Assembly: GCA_040285825.1 (NCBI GenBank)
Contig: JAUPSS010000012.1
Location: 310,001 to 374,000 of the forward strand
Reading direction: 5' to 3'
Source: Eukaryota sp. TZLM1-RC
Taxonomy: Eukaryota; Protista; Metamonada: BaSk clade
Length of the DNA: 64,000 nt
A model generated the notes under the pieces. The model worked only from the letters and a program-made list of their open reading frames with translations. It ran no database searches and was not told the DNA's origin. The translations under genes were made by a program, and so were the position numbers. The first letter of the stretch is position 1. Each line of letters begins with the position of its first letter. Positions 22,701 to 34,600 of this stretch are shown in pieces.

Positions 22701-25568
22701 CACCACCATTTAAAAAATGAGCAAAATTGATTCGAATTATAAACACCTAAATTCATTAAAGAGATTTAGAGAGTCATCCAATCTTGTGGGACCTATACAC
22801 AGTGTTAAACTCCCCAGGGTAACAAATAACCAAGAAAGTTCTAACGGGAAACTCTGGTTCACTTGCACTATAAACAACGTGGAAGTACTGAGCGAAACTA
22901 ATAATGGAGCTGCATTATCAGCATTATCAATGGATCTAGCCTCTGAATGTAATATGACGGTTAATTGTTTTTAAGAATGGAACACCAGATCACACCTGGC
23001 ACCAACAATTTTTTGATCGGAAGAGACTTATTATATACCTTGAAACTACGCACGGAGCACGTTTTCAATATTAATTTGGATCGCCAACATCGCACCAACT
23101 TAAATGCTGAATGTGAATTTGATAATAGAATTTGTCAACCAATTAGATTCATATATCAATTGAGTAGTAAATCAGGCTTAGGTAATGATTTTGGCCATTC
23201 CACATTCAGACATGATTTAGATGAGTTGGGCTGTAGAATATGCCTGGATGACATTAGGGACGAGGAACGCCTAGTCGTGCTACTTGAAAAATACAGAGAT
23301 GTATTTAGTGGGCTACCTCACCCGGATGGAATTGATTGTTAGCCGATGACCATTCCATTTTATGACGAAAATAAGGTCGTCAAAAGGAAACGTCGAAGAT
23401 CAAACCCAGAACAACAACTGGTAGCCGAGGAAATTTTTAACGAATTGATCCGCAATGGATTTGCTGTCCCCGCAAAGACTCAATTCAATAGTCCCATTTG
23501 CCATGTGATTTTCCTTGGTCACAGGAAACCACGATTAACTGGCGATTTTAGTGATATTTGTGCAGTAATTGATTTCACTCATCCTGTAGAGGAAAATTTG
23601 CCCAAGATTAGCGACATTTGAGAATTTCTAAGTAAAGCTAATTTCATAGCAACTCTAAACTTACTTAAGGCATTTTGGCAGCTCAAAATTGCAGAGGAGG
23701 ATATTGATAAAACTACCGTATCAATTACCAGGATGTAGATCAGTTTTAAAAAAGCTTGTTTTGGTTTGAAAAACGTTCCTGCAATCTTTCAAAACATGAT
23801 GATAAAAATATTTTTTTTTCATTAACTAATATTTATTGAAATAAAGAAATATTTGATTCAGAAAATGTATTGATGTATATCGACGATATTATAGTGATAG
23901 CTTCAACCTTGGACGAATTTCTATCCAGAGTAGGTACGGTCCTAGAATGCGCCAAACGTTTCAGAATTAACTTGGACCTACCCAACTGAAGCATTACCAC
24001 TTGCAAACATGAAAAAGAATTCTAGGTAGTATTTTTGTAAACAAAACCCGATATATTGACGAGACAAGGATTGAGGGACTGGTCATCCTACCTACACCCT
24101 GGACATTAGCTGAAGTAAGGAGTTTTGTAGGTTGGATCAATTATATACGTGACTGGTTGCCAAAACTGCCGAATTTCTTTGATTTGATAGAACCAATCAA
24201 CAAATTAACCAGAAACAAACCGTCAAAAAATCAAGTGGGCTTCTGATCGTGATGAGGCTTTTGATAAGATTATAAATCTTATTAAAACAAATATCCCTCT
24301 TGAATTGCCCTCAGAAGACAAGCATATTTTTATTAGTGCTGACGCGTCCGATGTGGCTGTAGGTGGAGTAATATGGCAAGAAGCTAACCCACCTAAAGAT
24401 CCTACGACACCGCTAATTAAGAGAAAGGTTGTACCTTTTGCCTTTTTTAGCAGATTATTATCAACTTCACAGAAGAATTGGTCTGTACTTCAGAAAGAGT
24501 TGTATGCAATTTTACTAATTCTCACTGACAGTAGTTTAGAAAATTATTTAATTTCGAGGAAATTAACTATATTCACTGACCATAGAAATTTAGCATACTT
24601 TATATCAGCTCCTGAAAAGAACAGAATTGTGAAGAGGTGGCTACCAAACTTGTCAGAATTCAATTTTGATGTAGTCCACACTGCAGGCGAGGAGAATTAT
24701 TGGGCAGACATGTTGTCTAGATTGGTTGATACCAAACCCAAAACTCCTCGAGTCCAACAAGTGAGAAACTTGGCACCTCACAGAGTTGAAGAACAATTAC
24801 CCTATTTAAATTTAATAACTAGAGTTAATTTGTTAAGGGATGATATTACTCAACCGTCCACAATTGAGCTACCCACGATCAATAGCTTATCTGCATTAAA
24901 AGAAGCAGTTGATGATACTAAATTTGATTTATTTGACACTTGGATCTCAAAGATTAGGTAAGAACAACTGACACGTGTTGATTCAAACCCTCATTATTAT
25001 AAAACTTACAAATGTAATTCAGCTATTCAATTGTATTCCAACAATCGTGGGAAGATTGTTATCCCAGATAGTTTAAAGAAGCAGACTCTAATTATTACTC
25101 ATGAACATGCAAATGTTGCCCGTGTCTAGTGTGACGACTAGTGTAAAGAAATTGCTCGATAGTAATTACTTTTCGCCAAACATGCGCAAAGACATGATCA
25201 ATCATATGAAGAAATGCCCAGCATGTCAAAAGACGGCACAGGTGCCTAAAAAGGTCATTGAATCATCTGGCTCTCTTGGGCTGATCGTCCTTTTGCACGA
25301 TTAAACGCAGACACTATTGGACCATTACGACAAGATGATAATGGATTCAAATATTTAATAGTTTTTGTAGATTCGTTCTCTAGGTATACGATCAGTTGCC
25401 CTGATGTTGGCGCCCTAAGGCTTTTATAATATGAATAGAAAATAATTTATCTTTATCTCAACCACTTTTGCAACCTAAGGCAACAATAATTATTGGCCGT
25501 TTTAGGTTAAAGGTATACCGTTTACACAACTCATAGCTATCAAACAGAGGAAATCTTCAGCAGATATC

Positions 25569-28500
25569 ATGTCAGTCTCTCCTCGCCAGGACACTGACTC
25601 CAGCCAAATTTTTTACATTAGACAGATGCAACAGTACGACAGAGATGCTTTGAGCATATATACAACAACAGCAGGGACTGAAGAGTCAAATAAAGAAGAG
25701 GACTCGGGCTCGAGACCACCCTCCGCCCCTCCTCATGAGAAAGATATGGAACCAGGCACGGAACCACCTGCTGCCTCTTACATGTCCAACAAACCATATA
25801 AGGTTTCAGGAACGGGACCACCCCCCTCCTCACCTAAAGAGAATGTTGGGTTAAGCTCAGATACTTCGTCTGCTCTAAAGGACTACGAAGAACTCCAGTC
25901 CGTTTTATATGAAATGGACGACGATGAAAAAGAGCTTCGCCAACAGATAATGCAGGACGCGGAAGCTTACCTTGAACCAACAGATTACTGTTTGTTCGAG
26001 CAGCTCCCTCCCCTTTGGAAGGAAATATCAAAATCTGGTAGAAATGTGGGATTCCAGACTCTGGGCCATAAAGGGGACCCTAATAGAGTCTACGAATTCC
26101 CTCAAAATGAGAGAAGAGAACTCATTAACGCGTTGGACACTTTGAGTAGAGAGACCTATGGACGCGGGGCAGAACGCCGTCCTAAGATAACCGGTATGGA
26201 TAGAGAGATCCATGTGATTCTGGCAAAACCTATCAAAGATAGGCCTGATTGGGAAGCCATTCACTTAGATCAGTTTGGGAGAAGGATCAGGTTCTTAGCC
26301 ATCGAACGAAGGAGCAGAACCGATACCGACGACATCCTGCTAACTAAATTACCGGCATATATGGACTCGTACTTTGATACGATCATCCATAACTACTCAG
26401 AGGTAGAGGATGGGGCTCCTACTTGTTTCAGAGAATACATGGAACAAGCAGACAGCACAAATCCTAGTAAGTTGGATCCCGTCAGTGACTTCTTTGACGC
26501 GGACGCCCTAAATAATATACTTACGGAACGTTCAAGCGTATCCACATTTAGGAGCCGCCCAAATAACTTCATTCAGCAATTCGGGGAATCAACGACAAGG
26601 AAGAAGAAGTTCAGGTTCTTGGTCACGGGTGATCAATCGACAGAGCTCCACCAGAGACCTAAACTTCCTATCATTGCCCCCATTATATCTGAAAAAGAGC
26701 AACCGGTACAAGTCTGTTCCATTGACGTACTCCCTAATCACATCCCAACAGTAGATGTGACAGAACGAGCAAACAGACCTACCAGAGTGGTTCAGGGACC
26801 ATCAAGTCCCTCCCAACCCATGCTCACTAGCGCATCAGAAGACGAAGTCGAGTTGAGAGGACCTAGTTTAGATGGAACCCCTCCTCCTCAACCCCCTTGT
26901 AGAAGTGTTACTTCTGAGGAGCCTCTCCGTTTGGAAGACCTCCAAGCTTCTAGAAATATTTTGGATATGAGTATAGCAAGTAGTCTTCAGAGACATGTGG
27001 ACTCTCAGCCTAAGTCAGCTGAATATAAAGCCCCTCACCTATCTGAGAAGGACCCTCTCAATAAGATGTCTCTCGTCTCCTTCCTCCTCAAATTCCAAAC
27101 ATGGGACAAATACGGGCGCAAGATAGCCAATCGAAGCTTTCAAGCCCCTGGTCAATCTGATTGGTCTCGTACTATGTTGATAGCAACCCAAATATTTGGC
27201 GAAGGAAAGACCCAGATTACTCCTGAGTTGTTATCATCACTCCCATCTCACATCAGAGAAGAAATAGACAGGGACATGAAACAGCAACTCTTAAGGATCG
27301 ACCCAGAACTGTCGAAACGTTTGGGACCTCCTATCCATCATTGACTTATTCAGAAGTATGATGATAAGTACTTGTCCATCCGGCTTATCAAGCATGGTCG
27401 ACCCCCATCTCATCTCTAGATGGCAAGGCCAAGTACTTCTAAGACCGGACTTCTCAGACGCTGACTTAATGGTTTTTCTGCTACGCAGGACACAATTTAC
27501 CTCATATCACGAGGCTTGCTCCGCCCTAGCGAAACCATGCATAAATTGGAGAAACATCCATAACAAAGTGGATGCAGACAACGAATTTGGTAGGTTCGTC
27601 GAAGATTTTGGAGACGTCCTGAGGATAACTACCTATATGGTTGATCACTCCATATCTGCATCAATTAGGGGAAGCAGCGGTTTAATAACCCTCTCACCCG
27701 CCCTTATTGCAGAATATTTTCTCTTGGGTATAGATAATTTTGCCATTACCAAGGAGCTGGCAAGCCATTGGACAAGAGAAGATTTATGGGACCCTTCAAC
27801 AGGTACAACTTTGTTAGACCTGATTTCGATTACCAGGAGACACTTTCTAGCATGGTGCCAAACAACAGGAAATAGGCACACCATGGAACTTTTGAGAAAA
27901 CAAGCTGAAAGAGAAGAAGACATCCCATTAGGCCTTTCGACCATGAGAACGTTCTCTAGAGGAGCAACCCCATCTGGTCCAGGTACTAAACGTCGCTCGG
28001 GAGGCGGATTTAAAGGAACTCCCCAAAACAAATATGTCCCAGAAAGACATGAACGAGAGGGATCTAAGTTCTGTACATTCTGTAACGTCACCAAAGGAAA
28101 TAATCCTATCGGTCACACGGTTTTCGAATGCAAAGACCCTCGTTGTACCAGGAGCAAGGTACCAAAAGAATTGAGGTTTAAGATCGGCGAGGCTGATCAG
28201 CCTGCGAGAAGTGGCAGTGTAGTGAGAGGCCGAGGTGGCCGTGGTAGACGTGTTTCTAGGTTTAGAGGTAGGGGCCGAGGTGGCCATTTTAGAGGACATA
28301 AAGGTAGAGGTCAATATAGACCTATTTATTACATAAATACACAAGAGGACACATCATCAACATCATCCCCTTCTGAGAACGTGTCAGCTAGTTCGAGCAT
28401 GACCTCTCACAGACGGATTGACCGTTTCAGCAACAGGGTCGGAAATACAGGAAACTTTCCCAATCGAAAACAAATCAACGCAATCAATCATAATAAATCA

Positions 28501-31482
28501 ATTGCCGATATCGGAAACCCAGTTAACAACTCCCCAACAGCTCAACAATTCTTACTAAATACTCTGCAATTCCACAAACCCAGCTCTGATATCAATAGTA
28601 TTTTTGGTATAAATTCTACGGTTAGTGAGAACCACATCAGATCCCAGCGTTCTCCATTTCTAAGATTGGAGATTTTAATAAATAATGTAAAAATGATTGC
28701 AACTATTGATTCGGCAGCGTTTTATTGGGCTATAACAGAAGATTTGGCTAACAAATGCAACATGTCAATTAATAGAGATGATACAATTGAGTTCTTACCA
28801 GCCAATAACGTATCAAGTAAATCGCTAGGGAGTGCAAATGGTATTCTGTCGTTCAACGTGGGAAGCATTGCGCACCAGGTACACTATAGACATACTCTTC
28901 CCATAATCCCGGGTTCGAACAAATTATTAATAGGGATAGACATGTTAAAAACACTTGGGCTTCAGACGGATGATGGTCTTTTTATTAGATTAGACAAAAA
29001 ACACCGCACTTTGTCAAATGCAGAATCTGAATTCGACTCAAGAATCGCTCAACATTCGATTGGGACCTTAGATAACCAATCATCGAGTCCTTCCGATTTT
29101 GAGGAGCAGTTAACTAGATCTGGTTGTGAGCTAAAATTAGATGATGATAATAATAAATTAAGATTAACGAGTCTACTAAGAATTTTTAGCGATGTTTTTA
29201 GTGAAACTCCAAACAGAAAAGGAATCGATTGTAAACCTCCAACAATCCCCTTTAGAGACGAAAATGCTATAGTACATAAACCTGCTAGACGATTAAATCC
29301 CAGCAAAATGGAAATAGCAAACAAAAGATTTGATGAACTGATTGAAATGGGCTATGCAGTTGAATCTAATTATAAATTCAGCTCTCCTATTGTCTTAGTT
29401 ATATATCCTGACGGCAAGAAACCCAGGCTAACTGGAGACTTTAGTGGTAAAGATGGAGTCAACGCCCACACGATTTCAGCAGAGCCTAATCTACCTAGGA
29501 TTAGTGATATTTTAGAATTTTTAAGTAGAGCAGATTTTATTGCCACGCTTGATTTACCAAAAGCTTTCTGGCAAATGAATGTAGCTGAAAAAGACATTGA
29601 GAAAACATCAATCTCAATCCCTGGAAGGTCAATTATGTTTAAAAAAACTTGCTTCGGATTAAAGAACATCTCAGCAGTATTTCAAAATGTAATGATGGAA
29701 ATATTCCAAATTGATGGCGTTTTCATATATATTGATGATATTATAAGAGTTGGAACGACTTTCGATGAATTCTATAAGAGATGACAAAGAGTCCTCCAAT
29801 GTGCCAGAAATAGACGTGTAAATATAGGTTTACGTAAATGTAAATTCGTAACATCCAAACACCCTATTGATATTTTAGGAAGCACCTTCCAGGATAAAAC
29901 CAGATTTATTAGTAAGAAAAAAATCGAAGCCTTGATGAGAATCCCTAGACCAAAATCAGTGAAAGAAGTTCGCTCATTGGTAGGATCCATCAATTATATA
30001 AGAGATTGGTTTCCAGGTATTTCCGAATTAATAGCTCCAATTAATGAGTTAATTAAAGGAAAACCTAGAGTAATAAAATGGACCAACGAGCATGACGATT
30101 ATCTTAAACAGATAAAAGATTTAATAATTAATCACATGCCCCTTGAATTACCAGCTCCGGGCAAGCGCGTACTAATAAGTACCGACGCATCAGATGTAGC
30201 AATTGGAGGCGTTATTTGGCAAGAAATTGAACCATATTCCCCTGCAGGAACCCCGCAGAATAAAAGAAAAGTGAAACCTTTGTCGTTCTATAGTAGATTA
30301 CTTACAGAAACACAAAGAAAATGGTCCACTTTACAGAAAGAATTATATGCAATTCTTATGATTTTAACTGAAAGTTGTTTAGAAAGCTACCTTTTGACTA
30401 GACATCTAACAATTTTCACCGATCACAAAAATATTGCATTCCTGGCCACAGCCCCAGAGAAAAATAGAATTGTAAAGAGATGGCTGCCGATACTATCTGA
30501 ATTCGACTTTGATATAGTCCATGAACCAGGTGAAGATAACCACTGGGCAGATATGCTATCAAGGAATATTGATTTAGATCAAAATGAGGAAACTCCTTCT
30601 ATATGTAGTATAAATATACCAGATACTTTACTTTCGAATTACGAGATACCTCCCATAGACGATGATTCTGATTCGGACTTCGAAGACATCCCATCAATTT
30701 CATCCCTAAGTAGACACCAGGACTTACCTATTTTTTCCTCCTGGTTCTCTAAAATAAGATCTGAACAACAAATAGCCAAAAATAATAATGACCTTCTATT
30801 TGAGAATGCAATTCTAGATGAAAATACTCAAAATTGGAAAAACAATAAAAATAAAATTTTAATTCCATAAAGCCTCAGAAAACAGGCACTATTATTAATT
30901 CATGGATTGGTTCAATCAGGCCACCCCAGCAAAAACGACAGTTTACATAAACTGTCCAAAAGCGACTTTTTCTGGCCTAATATGAAAAAGGACCTCATAA
31001 ACCAGATCAAAATATGCCCAACTTGTCAAAAAACGCCACCAGTGAAAAGAATAAAAACACCTTCCACAGGTTCCCTTTGGGCAGATCGTCCTTTTGCCAG
31101 ACTAAATGTTGACACAATTGGACATCTGAATACTGATAGTGATGGTAATAAATACTTATTAGTATTTGTAGATTCTTTTACTGGATATTCAATTTTAGTC
31201 CCTCTGAAGGAACTCAATGCCTTAGAAACCGCAGACGCTTTGATTTGGAACGTTTGCGCAATTTTTGGCATACCTATGTTAATTCATAGTGATAATGGTC
31301 CTGAGTTCGCCAATGAGACTTTTAAGATAGTGTGTAATAGATTAGCTATTGAGATGAGTAACTCAATACCCGACTACTCTGAAAGTAATGGACTCGTAGA
31401 GCGAAAACATAGAGACGTTCTACAATGCTTGAGGAAATTATTAATAGATTTTAATGATTATGGAAATTGGTCTACTTATGTA
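25569..31482 (+). pseudogene. Element B gag-PR-RT-RH-IN (originally one ORF; integrase tail continues at 40126-40300)
   Basis: ORFs 25569-27344, 27358-29784, 29932-30870, 30907-31503; CTFC..GHTVFEC, IDSAA, YIDD, TDAS, HSDNG, NGLVER. Confidence 0.92.
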
Positions 31483-31603
31483 TGTTGTACTGTGGACAAT
31501 TAGTCTAGTACATTTATATTTATATAACATAGTTCACTAGTGATGGCCTTTATAGGGGCCGGTGAAATTCTAATAAATTATTCCTTATTCTTTGTTATCA
31601 TAT

Positions 31604-34600
31604 ATGGATAGAGCATCATTAATTAATGGCTTGAATAGCCACAATGATAACTCTCCTTCCTCTCTGAGAAAGAGTAATGTCCCTTCTTTGAAGGAGAACA
31701 ATCCACCGCCCTCGGTGAGTAATCCTCCACTTACGGAGAGTAATCCTTCCTTCGGGAAGAGTAATCCTCCAAAGGAGAGTGAGCTTTCCGCTGAGAAGAG
31801 CATTGCCTCTCAGAAAGAAAGCCACCTTCCCAATAAGGAGAGTGAACTTCACACTGAGGAGAGCCCCACCTCCCAGAAAAGAAGTCACCTCCCTAATACG
31901 GAGAGAGGTAACCACGTTGTTGATGTGTCAGAACTATACACATACCCCGACAACTCCTCGGAGCTCCTTCCTTGTAGGAAGAGTTTTCTCACTCCGAGCG
32001 AGCAACGGAGATTCAAAGCGTTTGTTGTAAGTACCAAATCTGACGCTTGTACAGAAGGTGAAGGAGGTGAAGGCGAGCAACAGTCTATGACTGGCTCCTC
32101 ACGTAAAACTCCCTCCTCACCTACTTCTGACATCAGCTCAAGTGAGGAACCTCAAAGTGATTCCAGAGGATCTCTTAATCAGAACTACAGCAGGAGAGGG
32201 GATGAGAGCGATGATGAACCACCTCATACACCCAATCCTCCTAATCCAACTCCTAGTTTCCCATCTACGGAAAGGACTTCTCAGGGTCTTTACCGCAGGA
32301 AATTAGCAAAGGCAGTTGACGCTGTAACTAGAGATTTCTTATTGGACCTCATCGCCAATCCTCCCGAAGATATACTGGATTGGAATGATGACGAATTATT
32401 AAAAATGGCTGAGAATGAGTCAGAGCGTCTTGCGGGATACGTAGACCCAGCCGAATGTGAGAAGGTCCGACGTGACTATTTAGCGAAACGTTGGCCCTTC
32501 CTCTTTGGGGAAGCCCACGGCAAAACACTTGACGACGTCGTCTACGAAAGTTAAGATCAGAGTCCAAATCTTTTGAAGAGATTGGATGATCTTACCGATT
32601 CGGCAGTCTCGTGTGGAATGAGTGCAGTCGAGGATTGCTATTTTAACGCACCTCGTTCAAAGTATCAAGCTGCTACTCCCAGGCCTGCCAAATGGCATAG
32701 GGATGCAATTGATGACCACAAAATATATTTCAGTGGAAATCAAGAAGCTTACGACAGACTATTTTGGATAGCTAAGATGTACCCTCATAATCAACAAGGT
32801 AGAAACCTTAGAGGCGTCGTAAGGCATTTCCTAGTGGAGAATGTACACCCAAAAGATTCCATTGCGGACATTTTTATTATGCTTGGGGGCAGATTCGATG
32901 AATCTCGAGGTGACACCCTTCAATTTCATACCAAAGAGTCCTATATTAGAGAAATAGGCACAAGGGTAATTGAATTGAAAGAGCAACGTGTTGGCCCCAA
33001 CAAGTTAAAACTAGTATACCCTGATGCATGGATGGCTAAACTTAAGGCATGGGTTGATAGCTGGCCCGACCAAAATGTTTTTGAGAATGTCTTAATAAAG
33101 AGCAGTTGCCTTCCATATGATCATAAACTAGCAGGGGTCCCTAGAGGATCTAAAGATGCACCAGATTGGGTGGATTTAAGGCCACCAGCCCAGACTGTAC
33201 CTGTACAGGAGGAACCTCCTAAGACAAGATTTATCATAAAGTTGGGCGAAACATTGCCTTCAGAAGAGAGGAATATGAACCTATATAGTACACCTTCTGT
33301 AGGGCCTCTGGCATCTAGGAGAGCTTCTTGTGAAGCAACTCCTACACAAGCATCTGTTATAAAATCATCTATACCCACGCAACCCCTAGGAACGAATGCT
33401 CCTAGAGATTCTCTCGTTGACACCCTCGGTCTTTATAGAACTCCTGTAACAGACGAGGAGAAATTGAGGAAAAGAATAGACGACAAACTGAGATGCCTAG
33501 TTAAGTTAAATGAAGCGTTTGACGCCAAGAAGATCTTCGACTTCGTTCTTAACTTTGGCAATTGGGCTAAAACAGTTAGGGATCGCGATGGACCCACCAG
33601 AGCATTTACGCCGATCACCAAATACGGTCAACCTGTTCATCAGTACGACTTCGTTAGATCTATGTTCTTCGAAGTGGACCCTTTGTATTTGAGATTTATG
33701 ATCGAGGGTAAGGTCATCGCAGAATGGCAGAGTTTTTATGGAGGCCGTACAAACGTGTTAGGCAACAACCCATCTGACGCCGAAATCTGGGAATATTTGC
33801 TACTCAGCACCCAGTACAAATACCCTACCGATGTTGAAAAGGCTTTAAGGTCTGTAAGACCATCTGAGATCAGTCGCAGAATGACTGCTGAATCTTCGTG
33901 GACAGCCTTCATAGAGCAGATCATATATATAATTCGACGCTCTACAATTATGCCTGGAACGGATGGTAATCCGTCTGTCGTCTACCCAGCAAAGAGATTT
34001 CTCGAAACTATTAACGACAAAACAAACAATCAATTGATGGACACATATATCATTTGGATTGGCAAGTTTGATTCGAGTAACGAGAAACTGGGCGATGCGA
34101 TTTACGATTTAGGTAACGCATTTGTTAACAAGGTCAATAGCCTTGAATCCTCGATCAAAGACATGAATTTGATTAGAACAGCTTTTGGTGCTCTCGCTCC
34201 TGCGCAAAAAGGACGAAGCCAGTCAAAAGGTCCTTTTAAGAACCCTAGAGTAAGCAGTCGACCCATCCCTTCAGAGCAATGGTGTAACTTATGTAAAACC
34301 AATAAACATCCTGAAGAAAAATGTTTTAAATTAGTGGGAAGACCTGGTTCAAAAAAGCGTCATGGAGGTGAAAGACGTGATAGAAAACGTAAAAGTAGTA
34401 GTAATAAAGCAGATGATTATACATCTTTTAACAATAGCCTTACAAATAATTCAATTAAATCCATTTATAAAATGAGCAAAACAGATTCGAATTATAATCA
34501 CCTAAATCCATTAAAAAGATTTAGAGAGTCATCCAATCCTGTGGGTTCTATCCACAGTGTTAGACTATCCAGGGTAGCAGAGGACCAAGAAAGTTTTAAC

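Noticed and set aside
25494-25510. Displaced tRNA PBS starting TGG eight nt after the LTR
   Set aside because: Too far from the LTR, sequences disagree among elements, and A has TGT. Not fully excluded without the host tRNA set.
27330-27360. Programmed gag/pol frameshift in element B
   Set aside because: The break lies within the conserved PIHxYDLFRS motif and is explained by a 2-nt loss; there is no slippery site
31660-31910. Periodic GAGAGT repeats as a CRISPR-like array
   Set aside because: They are degenerate in-frame 18-24 nt coding repeats (xSNPP/xSEL) in the Gag N-terminus, with no constant repeat and unique spacers
32552-32554. Programmed readthrough of TAA in element C gag
   Set aside because: The homologous codon in D is TAC, so a point mutation is the simpler explanation
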